64,000 nt of DNA, from contig NOWV01000030.1 in assembly GCA_003344405.1 (NCBI GenBank), positions 372,001 through 436,000 of the forward strand, read 5' to 3'. Source of the stretch: Trichoplax sp. H2. Taxonomy: Eukaryota. A program made the position numbers and the translations under genes. Below are positions 1 through 12,672 of this stretch, piece after piece. The notes beneath the pieces were generated by a model. That model saw only the letters and a list, made by a program, of their open reading frames with translations. It ran no database searches and was not told the DNA's origin. Each line of letters begins with the position of its first letter. Within the stretch, counting starts at the first letter, position 1.

Positions 1-312
1 CATCGGCAGTACTGTAGAAGTGGATATTATTTATACCTTGCATGGTGCTGCAATCCATCTTCGTCCATAAGTATATTTGGAACGCGTTCATGAGTAATCC
101 ATTATCATTATCGACTATATTAGATTATATGTTGAGCAATAGTGTCGTCTAGGTCAGAGCGTGAACAGTCCCTGGTACAAAGCTATTCATAAAACCTCCA
201 TTACAACGTCTTTGCATCTGTACATTGCGATTTCAGACATTATAATCGGCTTGATCTTACCTCATTTCACTTTCGTCAAATACTGCATCCAAGTCCAAAG
301 ACTGCTGGCAAG

Positions 313-3300
313 ATGAGTGAGATAGTGAAAAATAGGGAGCAGCTATACAAGTTAATCATAAGGTAACAGGCTACAAGTCATCGATACTTGCAATATGCAA
401 GTATACAGTAAAACCTAATATAGACTTGATGTACAATAGCCGTAAATGATAGTCATCAGCTTCAAGCTATACCTATTTAGGTGCTTTTCATCACCCTTGA
501 GATGGTTTATAATGTGCAGACAACTCTACCATACTAGTCTACAATGCTGTTTACAGACAGACGTATTGTGCCTATTACCTACATTTCAGATAATTGTTGT
601 TGCTATTTCATAGTCAGCTGCGCTACGATGGATATGAAGATATCGCAGCACTTGTTGGTAATACCGTTAATACACTGGAAACTTGTGCCCCATCTTCTAA
701 ATTATTCAACATTGTCTCCAGATCTCTAAGTAGTGAATCACAAGGTACAGTACTATCTATGGATGATCAATCAATTTCTTATGCAGGATGCTAAATTACG
801 ACGGTCATGTTGTACTGTGGATTGAGAAAGACTCATCCAATTTTTCTCATAATTATTGAAATACAATCTTATCCTAGTTATTGTACAAGTATTAGTATAC
901 TTGAACAATGTACGTACTCCAAACTGGTCGTCATTCATCACTGCCAATATTGTATACTGTATACTGTAGCTGATCATTTTGCTAACCTTCGTACAAATAT
1001 TATATTAAAAATTAATTGAATTGCTAATCTTTTTAGGTCGCCTCGCTAATGTTGGAGAAGGAATTGATTTGGAATACGAAGGAGACGGTAGATTATATTA
1101 TAGTCAGTTTATTTAAAGTGATGTATCGCTTACGAATTAAGTACAATCGGCTAATGTAGTATCAAGACTTTCGTACCGCAGTTTTGAAGCTACCTTTGCA
1201 ACTAGTTTATTAGCTTGCTATGTTACCAGTTCATACAGCTAATGTTGATTGTTACAGTATTAGGCAGCATTGTTTGCTATCTTTTTTCAAAAGAGTTTTA
1301 GTTTCAACCTAAAAATGCAATCTTAAAAACAAAAAATGATTCATTAATAGTGATTAAAATAGCTCTTGCTTGGCTGATCAATCTTTAACGTGACTTTTTG
1401 CATTGGAAATCTTCCTAAATGTAGTCATCGTGAACTCACCTCCTGTGTTTATGTATGAAACCTGTTACGTAACTGCTCATAAAGCACCATGTCGGGTGGC
1501 ATGCTTCACCAAAGACGGTAAGTTAGCATTTCGTATATTGCTTCGGCTCTTATAGAATTTCTGGAGATCTAAATGCTAGCTTATGTTGTCGCTTAGATCG
1601 CCTGGTCGCAACAGGATCTGTCGATAACTCAATCAAGGTTAGAATTTACTAAATTTTCAAAGCTGTAGCTAATGCAACATTAACTGAGCTAAAGTTCAAT
1701 TTATATAATTTAGTTTCGTTGATATTGAAGTGATTAGGAATGATTGCCATCAAAAAGTAATTAATAAAGTTTTAACCTGCTACTATAAACAGATACTAGA
1801 CGTTGATCGTATGATCGCTAAGGGAATATCTGATATCCCATTGAATGAACCGCAGCCACAGTCTGGACAGCAAATGGAAAGCCATCCAGTTATTAGGACT
1901 TTATATGATCACTCAGAGGTTAATAGGCTATACTCTATACATGTAGCTTAACATAATCTTTACGAATTCACAATTTCTTTGTTTAGGCTGTTACTGCTTT
2001 GGAATTTCATCCTAAAATGCCTATCCTAGCGTCAGGTAGCAGGGACAGAATTGTTAAACTCTTCGATTTCAGCAAACCTTCAATTAAACGTGCATTTAAA
2101 TCTATTCAGGTTGTTCATAGCCTAGTCAATATACGGTATGTCGTACCTCCATTATAATTACAACAATTTTTTTTCGTAGGACGCCTACGGAATTCGATCT
2201 ATTTCTTTTCATCCTACTGGTGATTATTTATTAGTCGGTTCCGAACATTCTACAGGTAAAGAATGACATTATGTACAACAGAATCTATGCCTATTAATGT
2301 AATTGTTATGCTACTACTTCACAAAGATATTTAAGGCTGACGGACTTTAGTATTGACAATGATTCAATAATGATTTCTAGTGCGGCTCTATGATGTTAAT
2401 ACTACACAATGCTTTGTCTCATCTAATCCTCATGATCATCACGTTGGACCTATTACAATGGTATGAAGAAGTGTTTTATTCCGTTACATTCGTAGTAATT
2501 ATAACTCTGTCAGTAAATTATGTTTATGTTGTAATCGCTAAGGTTTCTTATGCTCCAAATGCAAAATTATACGCCACAAGTAGTAAGGATGGGTCTGTTA
2601 AGGTAGAGGTTTTATAAAACTTTACACCTGTAGATTTCTCCATGAATTTACAGTATTCTATACGTCAAATATAGATATGGGATGGGGTTAGTTGCCGATG
2701 TATTATTACATTTGGTAAGGCTCATAATGGAGCTGAAGTATCGTCTGTGACATTTACTAGAAACTCAAAGGTATTTCATAATGTATTTCAATTATAAATT
2801 TATTAGTTGCTAAAAAATTTTATTTCATGCAGTATATATTGACGAGTGGTAAAGATTCAACTGCTAAGCTATGGGAATTAGCTACAGGTAATGGAAAATA
2901 TCAAATTTGGATAGCTGTAATTTTTTATTTTATAGTACAGTTCTGTTAATTTACGTCACAACTGTTTAGGTAATTGTATGAATATCTACGCTGGAGCTAC
3001 TCAACATCATCATCGCACACAAGCTGTATTCAATCAGTCAGAGGATTATGGTAAACATTTGATGGATATCTGTTTTAATGTAAATAGGATGCCAATGTAG
3101 CGAAATTAGCAAACGAAAGCAAATTAGTTGTATTATTGATCATAAAATGGGACCCGTTAAAAACTGCAGTCTACATTTATTTAAATGGATAGAATATTAG
3201 CTAGATTATGTGTTGTTTTCTAAAAAATAGAAATAATCAGCCATGTATATATTTAGTTTTATTACCAGACGAGAAGCACAATTCTGTATATTCATGGGAT

Positions 3301-3585
3301 GCACGAACTGGTGAGAAGCAGAAGAATTTAACAACTGGTTAGTGTTAATAAGACGAGTTTTTATATTGTATGGATCATGCTTTGTACTTAAATCATGTTA
3401 TCGCAAGTTGTTGATAATTAATTAGTTGCTGCTAAAGGTTAGTTATTGCTGTCTCATATTTAGGTCACAATAATATTATCCGTTGTATATATCATGCCTC
3501 ATCAATACCTGCAATGGTTACTTGCAGCGACGATTTTCGAGCTAGGTTTTGGTATACGAAAGGAATGGCTGATTTTAAGATGTGA
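313..3585 (+). CDS. CSTF1: Cleavage stimulation factor 50 kDa subunit (WD40 protein), 15 exons, ~421 aa
   Basis: GT-AG exons 313-362, 614-744, 1037-1087, 1425-1517, 1597-1637, 1793-1918, 1987-2109, 2180-2255, 2381-2460, 2543-2602, 2675-2770, 2833-2887, 2970-3050, 3257-3337, 3464-3585 splice in frame (1266 nt). Peptides match CstF-50: [86 protein letters not shown]. Confidence 0.95.
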
Positions 3586-5321
3586 AGGCTGGTGTAGTTA
3601 TTTTATTTGATGTACATTGTTTACTTCGAATGATATATTTCGTTAAACATAGGTGTTAGTTCGATCCTATTGCTGCGCTTTCGTGACAGTAAGGTTATAT
3701 AACATCGGAGATGTTCAAAATTTTGTATATTATTTGTTAAAATTAAATGCCTTCGATGATGAATAAGAGCATCATGAAAATCCCCTAATTGCTATATCCG
3801 CTTAGTCTGAATACAAGCGTCCGTGTTGTAATTAGGCATAAAGAAGAAATCGTCATTACACAAGTTGCATATGCTTCTTAAGTCCTCTGAAGGAAGGAAC
3901 TGTATTTATGGCTAGGCATTTTTGAAGCCTAACTATTTTTTACTACGGAGAGGACGTAGTGCTATAAACGCGCATAGTGCAGTATCCGCACAATGAGCCA
4001 AACGAAATACTCCATAATTATAACATTATGTTATGGAATTGTATTTAAAATACAGAGACTCTGCATTAATCTGTAAATTTAAATTATTAGCTATTTTCTA
4101 TCGTTTGTACAGTTATCCTCGACTGTTACTCTTGAAAGTACTACAATCAACGAACGGATTTTATATAGATTTTATGCAGCAATGGGACAATGTCTATATG
4201 CAAAACTGTATGCAATAATAATCCATTATGTCGAGATGTGATAGTGTAAGATAGATAACAGTCAGATACATGCCTAATAAACTGCATTGATGTCAGAAAC
4301 GTTCATTTCGTAAGTTAAAGTTTCAACAATTGAGGTATACCTGATATACGCGGAAAATTAGCCATTATCATGAAATTTTAATAGACAGCTGAATAATGTC
4401 TATCTTTAAAGCCTTTATAATAGTATAATTATACAGTATCATTAATGGCAGTTATTGTATATCGTTCTGCTAAACGATGCTTTCATCTAACTGAAAACTT
4501 TAGCAAAATATCAATCTCATGTACAGTATTTAAAGATATGTCTGTGTGCGCTGAGCCTTGTGTTGACAAATATTACAAATAACAAAACTGTAAAACTGGC
4601 AGTGTAACAGACTAACAGTCATACAGTGTTAATATTGCGTATTTTTGCTACCTATCTATTAACTGAAGGATTTAAGGTATAACTTAGGGAGATACTAAAA
4701 GTGCAAGGTACTTTCAAATTATTTCGACTAACGATACTTTAATAATAGTAATGATGTTCGATATTTTAGCAGAATTATTCTTATGCTATATACTGGTAAT
4801 CAATAATGGATGATTTACTAGAGTACGTCAGAAATGATCCAAAATAAGTAAATTTTGAAGCACTAATGCACAAAAACACATGACACGAATTGCATGGTAT
4901 TGAAAGAAATAATTGAATTGATTACAGATAATGCTGCAAAGAATATCATTAGCAACTAATACATTATAATCAGTGGCATGTAACAGTTTTAAGCCTCAAG
5001 TCATTCTAACCCTTAATTACTGCATTATTTTAGTATTGTACAGAAAATGTTAGATTTTGTAATCAAAAATTATTTTATTAAAAGACAAATAAATTAAACG
5101 CATTCTGTATTGATTAAGCAGGAATAATTTCGTTTCACAATTTGGTAGTGCAATTATTGTAATAGCAAATTTGATATAAGTCTATCGAACCGATTTTAAT
5201 TTGAACATTCACACAGAATGCAGGAAAATACTTGTGTCTATGTATGTGTCACTTATTCTGTTACTAATAAATAAGGAAATATCACTATACCGAACCACTT
5301 AGAATATTCTTCAATAAGCCT

Positions 5322-8300
5322 TTAATTGAGCAAATTTAAGCGAAGTAATTTTTCAATCATTTCATCATGTTGAATCTCTTCTAGAGAACGATGTCTATGA
5401 TTGCATGAACAGTAACGATGATCATTTTGACCATTTTTACTTAAGTAAAGCAAATATTTACCATCACATACCTCCATATCTTGGTAACAATCATCATTGG
5501 CTATAGTTTTCAAAGTATCAAATGAAGATGGACTATTATTAACATTATTGTCTGAAAGTGGCTTGGATGTAGCACCAGTAGTTGCATTAAATTCATCGGT
5601 ATGGACGATTGAGTCATTTACTGAAAGTTCATTGATACACTGTAAACATTTTTCATATTCATCTGTTGACATATCCAGTAGTGATAGAAGTGTATCAGTG
5701 TTTTCTCTACCAAATAAACTTTTGTCGCTACACGATAAAGACGACGATGGAGTTGGTCTTTGATCTAATGTACGATTTACCAATATTTTAATTATATCTA
5801 AGCTGCACTTGAAGAGAGAACAATGTTTAGATGTCAATATACTGTGATTAGTCTCACATTGTTGAAGCTTTGATGTACTGTTGTTGATATTAGCATGGTG
5901 ATGATTATTACTCTCAAGCCTGCGATAATTTCCTTTATTAGGATGAACATCTAACTTACGATAATTTCTTCTAGTTGGATTGCTGATTGGTCTTGTATTA
6001 GTCCTGATATGGCTATAGTAGGATGTTGAGTCCGCTTCTTTTATGATATTGCTTTTATTTTTATTCATGTGACATTTTGTCTTGATTGGAGTAGATGCTT
6101 GAGAGCTATGGCAGTTACTACTTGTACCTCCATTAGAATGGATATTTCTATTAGCTAGCTTTCTATCAAATCGATCTTTTAAAGAAATTCTGGCCCTTTT
6201 ATGATGACTACTGATATTAGGCTCATTTGTATTAATGTCTTCTTGATGACTGTCAATACTTCGCTTTTGGGAACTATAGGAAGTATTATTACCACTGGTA
6301 TCATTGTTGCTACCGTCGCCATATTCCGTTTCAGAATCTGAAGATAGGGCATTGTAATCGCTATTATTGCAATGGTCATTGCATTTACCTCGATTACCAT
6401 AGCTAGTTTCACAAGAATTGATCTTACGCAAATTATCATAAAGTTTTGATTTCTTTCTAACCGGCGAAAGTTCTCGATTATGACCTATTATAGCTTCATT
6501 TAGTAGTTGTTTTAAACAGATATTTTGTTGCTTAAACATTTTACTAATATTTAAAATAATCGACATGATGTTAATGTGATCAAAATCGCAATGACAACCT
6601 TTCATTCGTTGAGATGCATTATATTTGTTTACGTTTGCATTGCTAAATTTACTATCAGAAAGCATGAAATCTTCACTGTTTCTATCAGATTCCATTTTAC
6701 TTCGTTTATAAACAGTGTTACTGGCTTTCGTATGGCTGTCTATGATATTATTTTTGTCTTCACAGTTATCTGTTGAGCAAATGTAGACCTCAGGATCTTC
6801 AGAGCTTTCGGAGTCTTCAGAATCTGATGATAGCGAAAGCAATTTCTCTTTTTCGGTAATAGCAGGAACAGAAATTTCAGGTGTAACTGGCACACGCAAG
6901 AAAGCATTTATCTCGCTAAAAGCGATATCTTTTACAGTATCAATATACTGACTGTTGGCTATGCTAAGTTTTCCAATTGAATTTTTACATATGGCGTAAC
7001 TTGAAGTATCATGAAACCAGTTATTGCATGGAGTTATATTAGATATATCTTGGCCAATAGCAATAGCCGTTCCATAGACCCAGCGGTGAGAAATATTTTT
7101 AGTACTATAATTACCACCTCCCAATAGGAGGATAGGCATATTAAAAGATTTTAAAAATTGAAGGCAGCCACCATGTCCCTGTGGTGTTAAATGGTAGCCA
7201 TTAGCATATTTTTCAGCTATTAAACTTTCACCGGATTGTAAGACGATAACTTTCGGCTGATAGCATTGTACGACTTTGGAAATTATCTAACACGAGAGTT
7301 AATCCATATAGTATTCTTAGAATAGGTTTTTTTATATCATAGCTCTTCTAAGTTAGTAAGTGAGAAGTTTGGAGTACTGTATAGTGTATGCTGCTACTAG
7401 CATAATTCTAGTCAGATCTATTCTAGCAGCTTTATTGTCTATCTACTACTTACTGGTTGAAAAATTAAACCGTAAGTTTCGTCATCGATATTATCCGCAA
7501 GAGGAATATTTAAAGAATACTTACTGCTTTGATTAAATCCAATTTGGCTAGATAAATATAAAAGAATATTTCAATACGTTTTTTTTAGCATACATTATTC
7601 GTATATCCTTTAACATGTCACTTATTACAAAATGACTGCAATGAAGCATATCATCAATGGGTAAAACTTAGCTAAAGCAATAATAGCTTTAATTTTTATA
7701 ATATTATCAAACCTAATAATCTCAAATATTACTATAATATCTCCCATAAAGTCTGGAGTTATTATGCTTTCATTTTATATTAGACCGGTAATTAGAAATA
7801 ATTTTTAGCATACGGTACAGTCAAGCGCGATCCTTTTTGCATATCAGGTACTGTAGTGGTAAATAGGTACCATAAGATTAAAATGATTGCTTTTGATTCT
7901 AAGATTTCTACTTACTTTATCCAATCATTACCCTGAAAATATTTGCTTTCGCAATGAGGGAAAGTAACAATCATAACACGATTATTTGTAGAAAATGCCT
8001 CTTGGATTGTATCACATTGATCAGGTCCAAGATTGATATAGATTACACGTTCATGTTGTTTTAATAGTTCTAATAGTGCTAATGCAACATCATTGATATA
8101 ATTAAAACCGCAGGCTTGGCTAGTTTGAGCTTGATAGAATCCACCTAGAAGGGGAAATTAACAATTGATATAAGTAAAAGCAAGTTTTATGGAATCTCAA
8201 AGCATTTTTGCACTAATAACTTATACTCGTATGCTAATGTTAAGGAAATAAGTAAAAGTTGCGGCACTAGCACTCATATTGCCATTCAGACTACGCTAGT

Positions 8301-9295
8301 TGAACCTTGATCTGCCATGGTATTAATGATCGAGAAATTTATATGAAGGTAAAGAACGCGTTACTACAGGAATATCGATGTTCAGGAAGTAAAGCAAATT
8401 CCGTTACATGATAGATTAGTTACAGTAAGGACTTATTTCGTTATCTGTCTAGCCGAAATAGCTGCCTACATACAACAAAGAATGATGAGCAAGATGTTGT
8501 TGGAAGAAAAAAGAGTGATGAAATGAGATTTACAAGCAAGGTTTTAAATGCAAGCTGCATAGAATACAGCGTTTGATAATTAAAAGCTGATCGCTAAGGT
8601 CTTATTTCAATTTTCTGGATACCATTCCACTAAACCGAAATGAAAATGTAAAATAAATCGACGTTCAGATACCATATAAAAAAAACTTCATGATCAATTT
8701 GTTTCAGTCAAGTCTAGAAAATTGTACCGGATCAACTGATGTTCAGAAGACCTTTTTATGTTTCCTATGTATCTACTCTTGTCTTTGAAGGGATATGTAT
8801 CAAGTACGATGAGTAAACTTGTCAGGGAGACGTAATCCTCTTATTGCTATATATAGCCTGTATTTTACTGATCTAATTATGGCGTCGATTTTTCAAGATA
8901 CTAGACTTACCTGACCAATTAATAGCGATGTCGGCTTGGTTAGAATTCAGTTTAGAGGCAGCTGATACAGAAGCACTAGCTACTAACTGGCAATAATGCA
9001 AAAGCCCTTGAAATACCGGATAGTTATCGTCAACACCGAAATTTTGAACTTTTTCCCGTTTGGAACTTTCTTCTGCTCGTTGTAAAAATTGTAAGTAGGC
9101 CATCGAATGGAAACGATTGAGTTGCCGCAAACTAGCGGCTTGCGGTCGTAACATTTTCATTTTATGGTGTAATCCGTATTCAAGAATTAAGTCGTAAGTT
9201 AACTGTATTCTCATCGGATGGATGGGATGATCTTGATCAAGACTTGTACACCATGTAAATGGATGGTAAAAGTAGCAAACTCGTTTTCCACTCAT
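5322..9295 (-). CDS. Class I histone deacetylase-like protein (HDAC1/2/3 family), predicted catalytically inactive, long low-complexity C-terminal tail; 4 exons, ~890 aa
   Basis: Exons 9295-8911, 8144-7916, 7547-7454, 7286-5322 have GT-AG borders and join in frame (2673 nt). HDAC-like peptides: KRVCYFY, HPIHPMRI, YPVFQGL, DIAINWSGG, GFNYINDVALALLELLK, NIPLADNIDDETY, FQPIISKVVQCYQP, KSFNMPILLLGGGNY. Confidence 0.9.
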
Positions 9296-11502
9296 GTTGA
9301 TCGACCCGATATGAATAATTTAAATATCGACTGAAGATGTTCGCAATTTATTGATGGAGGTGAAAACGAAATAATGGAGGGTTTACTACCTCTATACTCG
9401 TTTTATATCGATTTATAGATTAGCACCTCTTATTCTCGATGATTATGATGAACATGTGAAAATATTTCATATAATCACATTCTCTACTCATACTCATGGA
9501 TCTAAATAAATACCTATAACATCCACCGAAGATTTCAGAACGTATCTATGCTCCTTTCCTTTTTTACACCTACAACAGACAGCAACAATAAATGTGTGAA
9601 ATAATCTATTCGCTATTCTGTAAATATGGATTGATTTTTGCCTTCTTTTAGTTTATACTAACGTAGTGGTGTATAAGACTGCTTTCCTGGGGTCATGTAA
9701 GCGAAAAATTTTAATATGGCTTTTTCTATCCAACCATGTAAAGTTTCAATTTCTCTTTATCCTCAAGATTGCGATCAAATAATTTACATCACGGGAGTTG
9801 TGAAGTTTTCGTATCGTGATTTACTTGATTTTTGGACCGAAAATGGCTTATAATGTTGTCTTAAATATTCTACAGTAGAAGTCGATGCTGGCGCTTGGAT
9901 AAACTCGTATTTTAAAATTTGTTACGATTGATGTTGGCGTGATTCAATTTGACTATGCTATGGATGAAAACAATTATTGGGTCCATGATAGGAACAGATT
10001 GGAGTATGACCATAAATGCTATAAATAAGGTTCGGAAGGAAATGATTTCAGTCCCTTAAAGAAAGATTTTGATAAAAGTAGGTATCGTGGCAATTTACTA
10101 ATAATCTAGATGGTAGTTCGTCCAAAAGATATCATTGGAGTATGATGATGGTAATATTACATTGAGATATTTACTAAGCTCTTCTGTCGAAAGTTAGAGT
10201 ATTGACAAATTTCTGATTGAAATGGGTGGCTTCTAGAGGATATCTTGTTAATAGATGTGCAAGTCGATATGATCATAGAAGATATCAAGAAGGACGTGGT
10301 GGAGAGCATTTGGAACTTTTACATCGCCTAGAGTAGAATGAAAGTAATCCATAAACCTAGATTCTAGAGGACATTTTAGTAAATGATTAAGTGGATGATG
10401 TAAATAAGGCCAGATAGCAAAAGTTTCATTATACTACAGGAATTTTAAGGAGTTGCATGGCATAATGGATTTCTTCATTCAGGTCTATACATTTATGCTA
10501 GGCTATACCTTTCTATGGCCACTAGTGCATATTTTTAGTAATCCATGTTGGAGCTATGCTAAGTATCTAAAAATATACGAACAGAAAATGCGCATAAAGT
10601 ATCATGAACAACTTTAATATGGCATGTCAGAAATGGCTTTAGCGTACACTTATATTACAATTGCGCAATGACGGTACTATATTTCTGGATATGGTTTTAA
10701 CATATTCCATTCATTAGCCTACTTTGCATTGTATATAATCTAGGCTAGATGTAGCCAAAGAACTGTGTGGATATTTGAAAGTTTTATGTGTTACTTTGAT
10801 TAATTGTAAAAAGAGGATTGACGTTTTGCAGAAGGATAAGTCTATAATATGCACGATAATGGCATGGATGTGAGTCGGTATAATGGATGGTACTCTTAAA
10901 TAGGATTGATGGAGAATAACTTAAGCTTTCGGTATTCTTTGATACTAAGAAAATAATTTACAAATGTAAGTTAATTGTACAACAGATGGTGTCAGAATTC
11001 ATTCGGAATCTGAAAGTAAAGTATTTGCTTACGGGAATGTATTCAGTAGCAATATGTGTTTAAGCTGGTTAGCATTACAAATTACTGCTTGCAAAACGTA
11101 AATCGCATGAAAAGTTACACGAAGTACATAGAAGGAAGATTCATCTATTGATTTAGAATTGGATTTGTCTACATTATCATGCTACATGTTAGGAAGCAAG
11201 ATCTTGCGCGAAACAAATAAGGTTTAACGGACAGTGACCTAAGTTTGGAGATTTTGAATTTCTTTGGATTTCCTTATTAGGGACGTTACTCTATTCTGTT
11301 GCAGCCTATTTGTTAGTATAATCGGTATAGCTGCACTCAATACCTTAGATGCTAAACTAGGAATACTTATGTGGCATTTACCTTCCGTTAAATCCATATA
11401 ATCTTTCGACGCTATCGATTAAAGTGGCAGTTATCTTTCAAGAATGTAATAAACAAGGAAAGCTTACCCATTAACACAAGCTCACTCTTGCAGTGGATAA
11501 AG

Positions 11503-12057
11503 CATGACTTGATAAAATTCAAAATGCCTTACATTAATAGACTTAAAATTTGTTTTTATTATTACCTAAGCATTTTAATATTATCCTATTCCTCCTAATC
11601 ACATCAATATTGTATACTAAGGCCAGAATGATCGGAAAATGATTTTCGGTTTTCACTCCTGGACCAGTTTTGAAGTAGTCTAACCATGTTAAATGATGTT
11701 CAAGTCGATTTACTTTTTTCGAAGATTGTTTATTATTAATATCTTAAGTATCTTAACCGCGATACTGAAGTTCTTTCGAAGATGATCAAACATGATCAAA
11801 ATTTAAAATGCCATGTATTAATAGGCGTAAAATTTGTTTTTATTACTACCTAAGAATTTTAATAATATTCTACCATTTCCTCTTAATCGCATCAATGTTG
11901 TGTACTGTGGCCAGAATGATTTCAGCCTTCACTCCAGCACCAGTTTTGAAGTAATTTAACCTCGTTAAATGATGTTAAAATCGATTCGCTTTTTCTAAGA
12001 TCGTTTATTGTTAATATGCGTATCTTATCAGCAATACTGAAATTCTTTGGACGATAA
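11503..12057. repeat. Diverged tandem duplication, ~285-bp unit x2
   Basis: ~11503-11786 and ~11791-12057 share aaaatgcc..attaatag..taaaatttgttttt, ggccagaatgat, ccagttttgaagta, gttaaatgatgtt and atactgaa.ttcttt. Confidence 0.85.
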
Positions 12058-12334
12058 TTGTAAGATTCTCATGAAAATAACTTATCATAAAAGTTGCGTC
12101 GTTAGATCAATATTTAACATAGATCTCGAAATAGGATAGAATTTGTGCTCTAAGTCATAGCCTTATTAATACCAGTGAAGGCTTATGCATTATATTAGTG
12201 CGCTATCTACGGCCGCAGTGTGCTTTTATTATGAACATAATGTATAAATGAAATAGTCTATCGCATAATTTTTTACTGTAATCCACGGTTAACTTTATGA
12301 ACAAGATCAGAGTTTATCTTTCCATAAGTAAGAA

Positions 12335-12672
12335 GCATCAGAATTGCCTTTACTACTTGTAATGCCTACGCAATAATCATTGCACCAAATATCAACTAAT
12401 ATCATTTTCTTACTGGAATTGTGCTGATCTCCGAAGATTCATTTAGGGCAATTTTTGTGCATATAGGAAATTAGGGCATACTAATCTTAGATCTATTATT
12501 CATCCTGCACAAAATTACCTCACCGCTGTAAAATGTACAGAATGTTCCGTTGCTCTTATTATTTTAATGATATCATGGCAATATGGATTGGAATTGGAAA
12601 GTACGGTATCACACTTGAATACACCAATTATTTGTATTCAATTCAAGTTAACAGTCCAACTCTGGATGTGAT
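12335..12672 (+). pseudogene. Possible decayed rhodopsin-family GPCR fragment (TM2 to ECL2)
   Basis: Broken frames read SELPLLLVMP (TM2-like), LGQFLC (ECL1-like), RSIIHP (ICL2-like) and IWIGIGKYG (TM4/ECL2-like) in the expected order, with stops and frameshifts. Confidence 0.35.

Noticed and set aside
1..265. Possible divergent minus-strand gene (ATGAG|gtaaga at 265-255, another donor-like site near 36)
   Set aside because: I could not build an open spliced frame or recognise a protein, and the ATG is under 50 bp from the CSTF1 start.
544..1019. Short ORFs 544-729, 771-977 and 807-1019
   Set aside because: They overlap CSTF1 exon 2 and introns in other frames and show no protein features.
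5497..6776. ORFs 5497-5763, 6179-6439 and 6576-6776
   Set aside because: Antisense or alternative-frame shadows of the large HDAC exon.
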